64,000 bases of DNA from an uncultured candidate division Zixibacteria bacterium. Lineage in GTDB: Bacteria; Zixibacteria; MSB-5A5; GN15; PGXB01. Shown one piece after another: positions 9,477-19,599 of this stretch. The stretch spans positions 1,216,001 to 1,280,000 of the forward strand of contig OY969724.1 in the NCBI GenBank assembly GCA_963702205.1, read 5' to 3'. Numbering within the stretch: the first letter of the stretch is position 1; each line of letters opens with the position of its first letter. A model generated the notes under the pieces. It worked only from the letters and a program-made list of their open reading frames with translations. It did no database searches and was not told the DNA's origin. The position numbers and the translations under genes are program-made.

Positions 9477-10715
9477 TCAGTGCGAGCCGTGGCCATTACC
9501 AATGCCGTTGCTTTCGATAATGTCGAGATATTTCTGTGCCCAGATATCGGCCGAATGATTGGTCCGGACGTACTGATGATACCTGCGGCCGAGATTTTCC
9601 CCGTCGATTTTGCGGTCGTAAATCCGGCGGATCAGGTCGGCCAGTTCATCGGGCTTGCCGTTGGAGAAAGTCAGTGCGCCGCCGGCTTCATCGAGAAGGC
9701 GGGTGGCCTCTTTGGCCGGTGAGCCGAAAATGATCGGTTTGCCCGCGGCCATATATTCGAACATCTTGACCGGAAGAACCGATTTGGCGAAGGGTACGTC
9801 TTTAAGACAATCGATCAGGACGTCACCGGCTTTCAGGAAGTACGGAATCTCATCAAGCGGCTGCAGGCCGGTAAAAGAGACGTTGTCGAGTTTATAACGA
9901 CTGGCCAGGTTTTTATAGTCGCTCATTTTCTGACCGTCGCCGACAAAAACGAAATGGAAATGTTTCTCGTCGGCCATCATCCGCGCCGATTCGATCACCG
10001 GTTCCAGCGAGCGGACGCAGCCCATAGTCCCGCAAAACAGCACCAGGAACTTATCTTCCCAGCCGTACCTAGTACGAATACCGTTGGAATGGCTGTTGAT
10101 AAAGCTGTCGCCAACACCCGACTTGATGGTCGAAAGCTGGCCGTTGCCGAAGCCGTTTTCCCGCATCCAGTTGGTCAGACCTTCGGTGACACAGACTATT
10201 TTCCAGGCGCGCTTGTATACGAAATGCATCATTTTGCGGATCATTTCCGTCATAAACGACTTGTTGAGGCTGCCGTATTGTTCGCCCATTTCCGGCTGAA
10301 GATCCCTGATTTCGAGGACCAGCTTGCCCCGGCGCAGCCTGCTCAAGGCCCATCCGAGCAGGGCCGAAGATACCGGCGGCGACGAAGCCAGAACGATATC
10401 GAACTTTCCTCTAAGTCTAAGGCTGTTGATCAGGGTGCTTATGAAAAAAGACAAAAAGCCGATCATGCGCTTTTTGGGCTGGGCATTCGACGCCGGCAGG
10501 ACGTAAGACCTCAGAATTTCGACCCCATCCATGAACTCCCGGCAGAAAAACTTTCCCTTGTATTTTTCAGGAATTATGCCGTCGGGATAGTTGGGAATGG
10601 CCGTCATGACCGTGACATCATGTCCTTTGGCACGAAAATGACGGGCAAACTCGAAAAGTCGCCTTACCGCTCCCCTTTCAGGCGGGAAGTGCTGTGTGAT
10701 AAGTAATATTCTCAT
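9477..10715 (-). CDS. glycosyltransferase family 4 (WbuB-like)
   Basis: MRILLITQHFPPE start, PNYPxG, SSPP and PVKMFEYMAAGKP motifs. Confidence 0.9.
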   Translation of the reverse strand: MRILLITQHFPPERGAVRRLFEFARHFRAKGHDVTVMTAIPNYPDGIIPEKYKGKFFCREFMDGVEILRSYVLPASNAQPKKRMIGFLSFFISTLINSLRLRGKFDIVLASSPPVSSALLGWALSRLRRGKLVLEIRDLQPEMGEQYGSLNKSFMTEMIRKMMHFVYKRAWKIVCVTEGLTNWMRENGFGNGQLSTIKSGVGDSFINSHSNGIRTRYGWEDKFLVLFCGTMGCVRSLEPVIESARMMADEKHFHFVFVGDGQKMSDYKNLASRYKLDNVSFTGLQPLDEIPYFLKAGDVLIDCLKDVPFAKSVLPVKMFEYMAAGKPIIFGSPAKEATRLLDEAGGALTFSNGKPDELADLIRRIYDRKIDGENLGRRYHQYVRTNHSADIWAQKYLDIIESNGIGNGHGSH

Positions 10716-11049
10716 CCTTGACCGAAATATAATCCTGTAATTTACTCCCGAAGGCTTTAAAAATCAATATAAAAACGGCTCAAAGGCCGCTTGTGAGGCT
10801 CTAACACAATATTTGCGAAAAGGTTTCGTGATCATTACTCCATTCCGTTCCGTCATCCTTTTCGACCCAATAAAAAAACCGTGCTCCTGCGACCGGTTAC
10901 ATTCATGCAATATCTTCTATCCTCACCCGGTTCCCTCTAAACGCGGAATTGCCTGAATGTAAATGGGATAGTCGATAATGTCAATAAGTCTTTCGGTTTT
11001 TGGCGGAAAAAACTCCGCAATTAATATAACTCTTATAATATTCAAAAGT

Positions 11050-12495
11050 TCACTTGGCAAAAATCAATACGACCCGGCGGTTTTCTTGCCTCCCTTCCTG
11101 TGTGTCGTTAGAGGCAACGAAGTTGGTTTCCCCGCGACCAACCGCCGTCAGACGAGAACCGTCGATTCCGAGACTTATCAAATATTCCCGCACGCGCCGG
11201 GCTCTCTTTTCCGACAGGGCTTTATTGTCTTCCGGCAGACCGATATTGTCGGTATAGCCGTTTATCTCGACCCGCACTCCGCCGGCAGATTTCAGAAGCT
11301 GAGCGAGGTCATCGAGCCTGACTTTGGCGTTACGGTCGACCTCGAACGACCCAGGGTCGTATTTGATGTGCAAAACCATCGGTTTGGCCAGCGGTGTCAG
11401 ATCGACACATCCGAAGGCGTCCACTTTCAAATCAGGTCTGGTATCGGGGCAGTTGTCGATGCCGTCGGGGACACCGTCGCCATCGGAGTCAATCGGGCAG
11501 CCTCGGTCGTCGACGATGGCACCGGCGGGATTGTTGGGACAGGCGTCTTTATAGTTGGGGATGCCGTCAAAATCGGCATCGACCGGACAGCCGTTGAGAT
11601 CGACCAGCCCGGCGGCGTCGCGGTCGGTATCAGGACATAAATCATACAAGTCGGGCACTCCGTCATGGTCGGAATCTTTGTCCACTCTCCCCGACGGAGA
11701 ACTTCCTGAACCGCTTCCGGCGACATTGGCTGTGGCTACCGGGGTCGACAGGATTTGAGTCGATGTCAGTTTCGGTCGGGCCGGTTTTGAGCCGCTTCCG
11801 CCTCCGAAAGAAAAGGATAAGTTCAGGCCGAGACGATAGATCCAGTTGCTCAGGCTGTCTTTGTACTCGGAGGCAAATTCCTGCCCGGTCCCGGTCAGGT
11901 AATTGATTGTCGCCAGAAGACCCAGTTTGAGACTTTTTGTGATACTATAATCCGTCCCAAGCCCGGCTGACAAGTATATTTCGCTGACGGATATATCGGT
12001 CTGCCCGCCGGTTTCGGCGGTAGTCTGCAATACTTCGCCATTGGAGGGGTCGAGCAGTTTCCAGATCGAAACGCCTCCCCCGAAAGCTCCGTGTGCGACA
12101 AGTCTGTTATTGACATGATAGATATTGCGGCGCAGAAGGAGAGTGATATCGGTCGCCTTTCTGTCGCGGGTGCGGTAATTTTTATCGGAGCCGAAAGTAA
12201 AAAGCGACGTGGCTCTCGTGTCATCGTGCAGTTTGTACCCGCCGATCGAAATTTGCGCCATCCATGCCGGCGAAAGATCGGCGCCGAGACTGATACGGTA
12301 CGCCGAACCGATGACAAAGCGGGGAGCATCACCGCCGGATAGATTTGCGAGATCACCGCCCATACCGACCGTGAAAACCGTCCCGGCCAAAACACAACCG
12401 CCGAAGCAGAGAAGCATGGCAAAAATGATAATACGCATCGCTGTCATACTGCCAATTTCACAGACATGCAGGCTTAATGCAATAAAAAACAACAC
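11050..12495 (-). CDS. OmpA family outer membrane protein with thrombospondin type-3 repeats (start may be downstream, MTAMRII)
   Basis: Beta-barrel-like N-half, DSDxDGVPDxxDxCP repeats, GYTDNIG...LSEKRA...NRRV OmpA_C domain. Confidence 0.9.
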   Translation of the reverse strand: MLFFIALSLHVCEIGSMTAMRIIIFAMLLCFGGCVLAGTVFTVGMGGDLANLSGGDAPRFVIGSAYRISLGADLSPAWMAQISIGGYKLHDDTRATSLFTFGSDKNYRTRDRKATDITLLLRRNIYHVNNRLVAHGAFGGGVSIWKLLDPSNGEVLQTTAETGGQTDISVSEIYLSAGLGTDYSITKSLKLGLLATINYLTGTGQEFASEYKDSLSNWIYRLGLNLSFSFGGGSGSKPARPKLTSTQILSTPVATANVAGSGSGSSPSGRVDKDSDHDGVPDLYDLCPDTDRDAAGLVDLNGCPVDADFDGIPNYKDACPNNPAGAIVDDRGCPIDSDGDGVPDGIDNCPDTRPDLKVDAFGCVDLTPLAKPMVLHIKYDPGSFEVDRNAKVRLDDLAQLLKSAGGVRVEINGYTDNIGLPEDNKALSEKRARRVREYLISLGIDGSRLTAVGRGETNFVASNDTQEGRQENRRVVLIFAK

Positions 12496-12615
12496 CCACG
12501 ACCAATGCCGATGATGGAAGAATAATTCGGGGCAATGCCGATTGACATACCGCCGGAAAATTGTATTTTATAATTGCGGGCTATACTAAATTTATTCACC
12601 GTAAACCATCGGGCG

Positions 12616-13344
12616 GTGCGATTGCGAATTAAAAAGTTACATGACTGGCCGGATAAGCCACATGAAGCAAGATTAATTCAGGAAGAATTGGGCCACCTGG
12701 TAATTACTGAAATCGATGATTTCGCTTATAACATCGTCACTGCCGTCGAAACATCATACGATGACCTGTCTGGCTCGGCCTTCGCAGTGGCCGTAACGAT
12801 TGACATTTCCAATTTTACCGAGATAGAGCGGGTCCGTGCGGACGATAAAATCACGTTTCCCTATCAGCCGTCGTTTCTGAGTTTCCGCGAAGGGCCGCTT
12901 ATTTTGAAAACGCTGGAACGTCTAAGGAAACCGACCGATATATTGCTTCTGGCCGGACACGGGTTGGCGCATCCGGTTGGTTTCGGGCTGGCTTCGCACA
13001 TTGGCCTTCTGACCGATACGCCCTCGGTCGGGTGTGCCCGAAGAATTTTATGCGGGGAGTACAATGAACCCGGTGACGAGTTTGGCAGTACTTCGCCGAT
13101 CTATTTCGATGAAAAACCACGTGGGTACGCCCTGCGCAGTAGAACGGGAGTCAAACCGATATTCGTGTCGCCCGGTCATAAATGCGGTGTCGATTTCGCT
13201 TTAAAGGTGGCGCTTCGCTGCCTGAATGGTTATCGTATGCCGGGTCCGTTGAGACTGGCCCGCATGGCGGCTAACCGTCTGAAACATAAGGCCCGGCAAG
13301 ATAAAGACGAAATGACGAAAGACAAAGCGGGCCTGGTTGGCTGA
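12616..13344 (+). CDS. nfi: endonuclease V homologue with substituted catalytic residues (start approximate)
   Basis: FPYQPSFLSFRE, GHGLAHP..GLASHIG and KPIFVSPGH motifs; catalytic Asp positions altered. Confidence 0.85.
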   Translation: MRLRIKKLHDWPDKPHEARLIQEELGHLVITEIDDFAYNIVTAVETSYDDLSGSAFAVAVTIDISNFTEIERVRADDKITFPYQPSFLSFREGPLILKTLERLRKPTDILLLAGHGLAHPVGFGLASHIGLLTDTPSVGCARRILCGEYNEPGDEFGSTSPIYFDEKPRGYALRSRTGVKPIFVSPGHKCGVDFALKVALRCLNGYRMPGPLRLARMAANRLKHKARQDKDEMTKDKAGLVG

Positions 13345-13373
13345 AGCACAGGGACTTACAGGAGATTTGAAAT

Positions 13374-14561
13374 ATGGTCGATAAAGATATAATTCTCAAG
13401 CTGGCAAAAGAACTGCTCCCTTATCAGATAAATATCCGTCGCCATTTGCACCGTCACCCGGAACCGTCGTTCGAGGAATTTCAGACCACGAAGCTGCTTG
13501 AATCTGAACTTAAACGCGAAAAAATAAAGCTGGTGAAAGTCCCGACCAAAACCGGGACGGTCGGCATAATCAATCCCGGTTATAAAAAGGCCATATTGGT
13601 GCGAAGCGATATCGACGCACTCCGAATTTTCGAAAAGACCAAAGTTCCTTTCAAATCGCAGAATGCAGGTATCATGCACGCCTGCGGCCACGACGTCCAC
13701 ATGGCCACCGTCCTCGGGACGGCTGTCATTCTCAATCGTTTGTGCGATCAGATCGATTGTGCGGTCAAATTCGTTTTTCAGCATGCCGAAGAGAACCCTC
13801 CGGGTGGAGCAGTGGAGATGATCAAGGCCGGGGTGCTGAAAAAACCCGATGTCAACCTGGTTTTCGGGCTGCACGTTGATCCCGGTGTGCCGACGGGTAA
13901 GATCGGTCTCCGCGACGGCCAGACGATGGCGTCCGTTATAGATTTCGACATAACGATCAAAGGCAAGGGCGGGCACGCCGCCCGGCCCCACGACGCGGTC
14001 GACAGCATTGCGGTCGCGGCCGAAGTTATCGAATCGCTTCAGAAAATTATATCGAGGGAGCTTCGCCCGCTGGAATCGGGATTGATTTCGATCGGAACCA
14101 TCGAAGGCGGCACAGCTCGCAATGTTATTGCCGAGGAAGTCAAATTGCAGGGGACGGCCCGGACGCTTTCGGCCAGAAATTCAAAGATCATACCTAAATT
14201 GATAAGGCGAACCCTCGACGGCATCTGCAGGGCGCGCGGGGCCAAATACGATCTCGATATTTTATCCGGCTATCCGGTACTGTCGAACCACAGTCGGGCC
14301 AATGATATTTATCGCGAATGTCAGACGGCTTTGTTCGGCAAGAGGACTATGGTCGAAACGCCGCCGACTCTGGGCGGGGAAGACTTCGCCTATTACGTGG
14401 AGAAAACGCCCGGAGCGATGTTCCGTCTGGGCATCCGCAATAACAAAATCGGGGCCAATAAGTCGTGGCACGCCAGTGACTTTATGGTCGATGAAAAAGC
14501 TATCTTTTACGGGACCTCTTTGCTTTGCGCAGCGGTTTTAAGGGGAAGTGAAAAAATATAA
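13374..14561 (+). CDS. M20 family amidohydrolase
   Basis: RRHLHRHPE, RSDIDAL, MHACGHD, GKGGHAARPH and GGEDF motifs. Confidence 0.93.
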   Translation: MVDKDIILKLAKELLPYQINIRRHLHRHPEPSFEEFQTTKLLESELKREKIKLVKVPTKTGTVGIINPGYKKAILVRSDIDALRIFEKTKVPFKSQNAGIMHACGHDVHMATVLGTAVILNRLCDQIDCAVKFVFQHAEENPPGGAVEMIKAGVLKKPDVNLVFGLHVDPGVPTGKIGLRDGQTMASVIDFDITIKGKGGHAARPHDAVDSIAVAAEVIESLQKIISRELRPLESGLISIGTIEGGTARNVIAEEVKLQGTARTLSARNSKIIPKLIRRTLDGICRARGAKYDLDILSGYPVLSNHSRANDIYRECQTALFGKRTMVETPPTLGGEDFAYYVEKTPGAMFRLGIRNNKIGANKSWHASDFMVDEKAIFYGTSLLCAAVLRGSEKI

Positions 14562-16038
14562 ATATTTTTTAAGCCTCACGGCTTTAATCTTACTCGCGGT
14601 CGGAACAAAACCGGTCCGCGCTCAAGCTTTTCCGTACCTGTCCGGGCTGGCGGTCAATTTTTCGGATTTCTCGTATGTACGAACCATAACGGCCGGATAT
14701 GAATACGCTTATTTCGGGACGACCAACGGCATCACCTGCTATAACATTTCAAATAACAAATGGGAACTGCCCCTGACGGGTATCAGCGGTCTTCTGGGGA
14801 CAGTTATTCTGAAAATCCAAACCGACCGCAACGATGAATATCTCTGGGTCCAGACGGAACTGGGGAAATTCGAATACAGCCGGACGCATGATTTCTGGAC
14901 TCAGGTCAATGAGATTCCGCCCGACGACGGTTTTGTGCACCACCTGTCACCGGAGCCGGTTTATTTTGCCCCGCAGGGATATAACTATCTTTCCAACGGG
15001 GTGCTGGCCGATTTCAACGATCATCGCTATCCGCTGACCGATATTATCGACGACGGCTGGAGCAATCTCTGGATCGGCACCTGGGGCCTGGGGGCGATTC
15101 GCGCCGATAATTCGAACTACCAGATGGAATTGCTCAACTATGGCCTGCTGTATAAGGATGTCTCCAAAATCGCCATCATGGATAACCGGGTCTGGGCGGG
15201 CGGCGATTTGCAGGAATCTCTGCGGCCCGGTCTGACGGTTTATTCTCCCGATAACAATGCTTTCGATTATGTCCTGCCCGACTATAACCTGCTCGGCTGG
15301 ATGAGCAGTGTCAACGGCTTTGCCGAAGGGCCAAACGACATTTTTGCCGCGACCGACAACGGTCTGCTTGTTGTCGGGAAAAATAGTCTTAATGCCAAAG
15401 ATCTGCTCCGGCTCCCGAATCGCACGGCGGTCTATGATATTGTCAATTGTGTTGCGACCAGAGGCGATTCGATTTTTGTTGGTCTTACCTATGGCGTGGC
15501 CTTGATTTATCCCTACGGCGATTCGATTTCCTTCGACCATGCCCTGCTTCTTCCGGATTTGACCATTTACACCCTCGAAAATATCAACGATGCGCTGTGG
15601 ATAGGGACCAATCGTGGAGTATACCGGCTGGATTACAAGAGCGGCAAGCTGGAACAATTGAATATTTGGCAAGTGTCGGGTCCGACCGACGTTTATGATA
15701 TATCTGCCGGTCCCAATAAAATCTGGATCGCCACCGGGGAAAACCTGGTCGCGATCGATCCCAGGACCGGGGACGTAACCGATTACCCGGAAGTCTACAA
15801 TTACGGCGGTGTGCGTTCGGTCGATTCACAGGGGGACATCGTCGCGGCCGCGACCGGTGACGGGCTGCTGTTATACTTTTTCGGGAAAAAGAAATATCAT
15901 AATTATTTGTATACTGAAAACGACGGGTTGCCGTCGAATAATATCAAGGCGGTGAGATTCGACGGCGATTATCTCTGGATCGGTTCCGACCAGGGGCTGA
16001 CTCGTTTCTGGCACCGCCATCCCGGTTTATATCACTAA
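14548..16038 (+). CDS. secreted beta-propeller protein (two-component regulator propeller-like)
   Basis: Signal peptide; repeated LWIGT/WIATxxGL blades; DGLPSNNI. Confidence 0.7.
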   Translation: MKKYKYFLSLTALILLAVGTKPVRAQAFPYLSGLAVNFSDFSYVRTITAGYEYAYFGTTNGITCYNISNNKWELPLTGISGLLGTVILKIQTDRNDEYLWVQTELGKFEYSRTHDFWTQVNEIPPDDGFVHHLSPEPVYFAPQGYNYLSNGVLADFNDHRYPLTDIIDDGWSNLWIGTWGLGAIRADNSNYQMELLNYGLLYKDVSKIAIMDNRVWAGGDLQESLRPGLTVYSPDNNAFDYVLPDYNLLGWMSSVNGFAEGPNDIFAATDNGLLVVGKNSLNAKDLLRLPNRTAVYDIVNCVATRGDSIFVGLTYGVALIYPYGDSISFDHALLLPDLTIYTLENINDALWIGTNRGVYRLDYKSGKLEQLNIWQVSGPTDVYDISAGPNKIWIATGENLVAIDPRTGDVTDYPEVYNYGGVRSVDSQGDIVAAATGDGLLLYFFGKKKYHNYLYTENDGLPSNNIKAVRFDGDYLWIGSDQGLTRFWHRHPGLYH

Positions 16039-16139
16039 TTATTGCCACAGATAAATTTACAGGTTGATGACCGCAAAATATTTGGTTATTTTGTATTAAT
16101 CTAACCTGTCGGCGAATTTGACGTATATAGGGGATAAGT

Positions 16140-17639
16140 ATGTCAAAGGGAAAAAAAACGGGGGTAATTTTAACCGCCCTGGCGGCCTGCCTTTTGGTCG
16201 GAGCACACATTAAGGCCGCCGAGCAGGATGCGTTTGATATTTATCCCATACAGGTCGAAGGTAAAATCTACGGGCAAATTATCGGTGATTTCAACGGTGA
16301 CAATCTGCAGGACGTCGTCATCTTTTATTCCCCGACCGATGACCCCGACACCCGCTTCGCGGGATTGTGCCTCAATCTTGGCTCCCGTGGATTTGCCGAC
16401 CGTCCCGACTACCTGATGCGTATGCCGCAGACAGCGGTACAGGTGGACAAACTCAACCTAGATTCCGATCCCGCCGATGAAATAGTGTTCCTCGACGCCG
16501 ACGGCGCCGCCTATATAGATTACGACCAGTCCACGGGGCTGACCAATCCCCGGCGATTGATTCGTCAGAAAACGATTTTCGCAATGCCGGTTTTCAGCGG
16601 AATTATCGACGAACCGTTTTTCGTTAAATTTAGCGAAATCCCCGATAAAGTAGCCATCATCCCGACCCCCAAGGGATATGTTATTTTCGAAAAAGAAGAA
16701 GTGGGAAAGTACGAAATTCTCAACCAGCTTACGCTTCCGATTTTCTGCTACAACAATCAGAAGGATCTGAAGGATTTCCGGTCCGACCACACGGCGACGT
16801 TCAGCACCGAGCTGGCCTCGGTTCGGGCCAACGATTGCAACAAGGACGGCCTGACCGATCTGTACTTTTTGTGGGGACACAAAATTTGCTGCTTTATACA
16901 GGACAGCACCGGCAATTTCCCGACCGAGCCCGACGTGGACCTGTCGTTCTACCCGGAAAACCTCGACGGTTTCATGCAATCGTGGCTGGCCGATCTTAAC
17001 GGTGACGATCGTCTCGACGCGGTTGTATCATACACTTCGGGCGGCATTACCAACGCCGAGACGACACTGTCGTTTTATCTCTGCGGCCCCGACGGTAAAC
17101 TGTCGAAGAGCGACAAGCGGGAAATTCACCTGTCTGATTCGCACTGCAATTTGATAATCAACGATTACAACAACGACCGTCAGCCGGAGCTGGTGGTCCC
17201 GGCGCTGGAGCTGGGGACGATTGCCGCCACGAAGATGTTCCTGATGAAAAAGGCCGACCTGCACCTTCTGATTTATGACCTGGTCGGCGGGATTCCCGAA
17301 GAAGAGCCGCGCGCGCGCAAAAAGCTCGAGTTTCGGTTTAATTTCGATCAACCGCAGCCCACGCGCGAAGTCTCGGTCAACTGGTCGACCGATTTCAATA
17401 ATGATAATCTTCGCGATCTGGTTTTTGTTGATGGCGGGGGTAATGTTAAAGTATATTGGGGTGATTACAAGGATTTCCTGTCGAGCCGTCCGGACATAGA
17501 AATCCCGCTGGACCATCCGGCCACCATAATACCGGTATCGCTGGATAACGACGGTCGGGCCGACATGGTGGTCGAACATAATTTGACCGGGAAATTCGAC
17601 CGCATAACGATATTGAAAAATCGGACAGGAAGGCATTAA
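16140..17639 (+). CDS. secreted FG-GAP/VCBS repeat protein
   Basis: Signal peptide; multiple DFNGDxxxD-type repeats. Confidence 0.8.
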   Translation: MSKGKKTGVILTALAACLLVGAHIKAAEQDAFDIYPIQVEGKIYGQIIGDFNGDNLQDVVIFYSPTDDPDTRFAGLCLNLGSRGFADRPDYLMRMPQTAVQVDKLNLDSDPADEIVFLDADGAAYIDYDQSTGLTNPRRLIRQKTIFAMPVFSGIIDEPFFVKFSEIPDKVAIIPTPKGYVIFEKEEVGKYEILNQLTLPIFCYNNQKDLKDFRSDHTATFSTELASVRANDCNKDGLTDLYFLWGHKICCFIQDSTGNFPTEPDVDLSFYPENLDGFMQSWLADLNGDDRLDAVVSYTSGGITNAETTLSFYLCGPDGKLSKSDKREIHLSDSHCNLIINDYNNDRQPELVVPALELGTIAATKMFLMKKADLHLLIYDLVGGIPEEEPRARKKLEFRFNFDQPQPTREVSVNWSTDFNNDNLRDLVFVDGGGNVKVYWGDYKDFLSSRPDIEIPLDHPATIIPVSLDNDGRADMVVEHNLTGKFDRITILKNRTGRH

Positions 17640-17642
17640 GAT

Positions 17643-18560
17643 ATGCCGAAGCTTTTTGAAAATTTCTGGGTAAAGATAGCCGCGCTGGTTTTGGCCGTAC
17701 TACTCTGGCTGCACGTCGCGACCGACAAGACGTACCAGATGCAGCTGGCTCTGCCTCTGACACAGGTGGAGCTGTCGGGTGATCTGACCTTGACCGAACC
17801 GCCGCCGGAATCGGTGCTGGTGGTGGTGACGGCCGACGGCAAAAGCCTTCTCGCCAACGACTGGAAAAAAGGCGGCCTGAGACTGGTTATATCGCAGAGT
17901 CGTCCGGGCCGGTTCAAAGGCGAGCTGTCGACCGACAATATCGGACTGGTCCGCGGCGAACGGGTCAACCTGGTCGAGGTCATCGCGCCGCGAGAATACA
18001 ATTTCAACTGCGATCATATCGAAAGCCGCGAGGTGCCGGTGGTGAACAGGATCGTGACGTCGCCCGGCGATGGTTTCGCAATCGGCAAGTCGGACTCGCT
18101 GGTTCCGTCGGAGGTCACCATCTCCGGACCGCGCATGGCCGTGCGCTCGATAGATTCCGTCGCGACTGAGCTCGATTCGCTCGAAGGCGTCCGCAACGAT
18201 TTTTCGATGAAAGCGGCTTTGGTGCCTCCCAACATTTACGGTATTAAAGTGCATCCCGATTCGGTTTCGTTGGTGGTGACGGTTATACCGGTTAAGACCA
18301 TCTCGCTGGTCAGCGTGCCGATAACCATGACGAACCTTCCCGGAAATTCGAAAATATCGTTCTATCCTCAGACGGTCGACCTTCGCCTGCGCGGGCGGCT
18401 CGACTTGGTCGATACATTGAAAGCCGAAGATATAAAGGCCGTGGCGGATTATAAAAAAGCCAACGAGGCCGGGTTCGCGTCGGTCGAAATCGACCTGCCC
18501 GAGGCGGTGCACGTCCTGGCCCGGACGGTCGATTCGGTGCAGGTTTTTCTCGAACCATGA
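17643..18560 (+). CDS. YbbR/CdaR-like protein
   Basis: N-terminal ENFWVKIAALVLAVLLW anchor; repeated PSEVTISGP-type YbbR domains. Confidence 0.8.
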   Translation: MPKLFENFWVKIAALVLAVLLWLHVATDKTYQMQLALPLTQVELSGDLTLTEPPPESVLVVVTADGKSLLANDWKKGGLRLVISQSRPGRFKGELSTDNIGLVRGERVNLVEVIAPREYNFNCDHIESREVPVVNRIVTSPGDGFAIGKSDSLVPSEVTISGPRMAVRSIDSVATELDSLEGVRNDFSMKAALVPPNIYGIKVHPDSVSLVVTVIPVKTISLVSVPITMTNLPGNSKISFYPQTVDLRLRGRLDLVDTLKAEDIKAVADYKKANEAGFASVEIDLPEAVHVLARTVDSVQVFLEP

Positions 18561-19561
18561 TTGTCCTCGGTGTCGAAAGTTCCTGTGACGAGACCTCGGT
18601 GGCGGTCGTCGAAAACTGCGATAATGTACTTTCCAATGTCATCCTGAGTCAGTTGGTGCATTCCGATTTCGGCGGGGTCGTGCCGGAACTGGCCAGCCGC
18701 GAACATCTGAAAGCCATCACCACCGTCTATCGTGAGGCGCTCGAAAAAGCCGGTGTCGTGCCGGAGCAGATCGATCTTTTCACGGCCACCTATGGGCCGG
18801 GACTGGTCGGGGCGCTTCTGGTCGGTTTGAATTTTTCCAAAGGGCTGGCGTTCGGTTACGATAAACCGTTCGTGGCGGTCAATCATCTGGAAGGACATAT
18901 CACCGCCAATATGCTGATTCACCGGGACGCTCTGCCGCAAAAGCATCTGACTCTTATAATTTCCGGCGGACACACATCGCTGGTTTTAGTCAACGGCTTC
19001 AGCGATTACATAGTGCTGGGGCAGACGCGCGACGACGCGGTCGGGGAGGCGTACGATAAAGTCGCCAAGCTGCTGGGACTGGGCTATCCCGGCGGGCATG
19101 TGATCGACCGGCTGGCCAAAGACGGCGATAGAAATTTCTACAAGTTTCCGCGCGGGATGATCAAAGACGAAAATTTTGATTTTTCGTTTTCGGGTCTCAA
19201 GACGGCGGTGGCGCTGTATGTCAAAGACGTCGGCGAGGACAAAGTGCAGGCGAAAGTGGCCGATATTTGCGCCTCGTTCCAGGAGGCGGCGCTGGACGTG
19301 CTGGTAGCGAAAGCCGTCCGCGCAGCCGGGGAGTATCGAGTGGAGGCGGTGACATTGAGCGGAGGCGTGGCGTCGAACAGTCGTTTGAAAGAAATGATGC
19401 AGGGCGAGTTGTCCAAAATCGGCGTGACGTTTTTCTATCCTCCGCCGGAATTGTGCACCGACAATGCCGCCATGATCGCGGCGACGGGTTATTTGAGATA
19501 TAAAAGTGACGGCCCGTCGAATCTGACTGTCAACGCCGTGCCCTATCTGGCGCTGGTGTAG
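18557..19561 (+). CDS. tsaD: tRNA N6-adenosine threonylcarbamoyltransferase
   Basis: LGVESSCDETS, GGVVPELASREH, HLEGH, SGGHT and CTDNAAMIA motifs. Confidence 0.97.
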   Translation: MIVLGVESSCDETSVAVVENCDNVLSNVILSQLVHSDFGGVVPELASREHLKAITTVYREALEKAGVVPEQIDLFTATYGPGLVGALLVGLNFSKGLAFGYDKPFVAVNHLEGHITANMLIHRDALPQKHLTLIISGGHTSLVLVNGFSDYIVLGQTRDDAVGEAYDKVAKLLGLGYPGGHVIDRLAKDGDRNFYKFPRGMIKDENFDFSFSGLKTAVALYVKDVGEDKVQAKVADICASFQEAALDVLVAKAVRAAGEYRVEAVTLSGGVASNSRLKEMMQGELSKIGVTFFYPPPELCTDNAAMIAATGYLRYKSDGPSNLTVNAVPYLALV

Positions 19562-19599
19562 GTACTTCCGTCTGTAAAAGTATCCCTAAATAGACGTGC

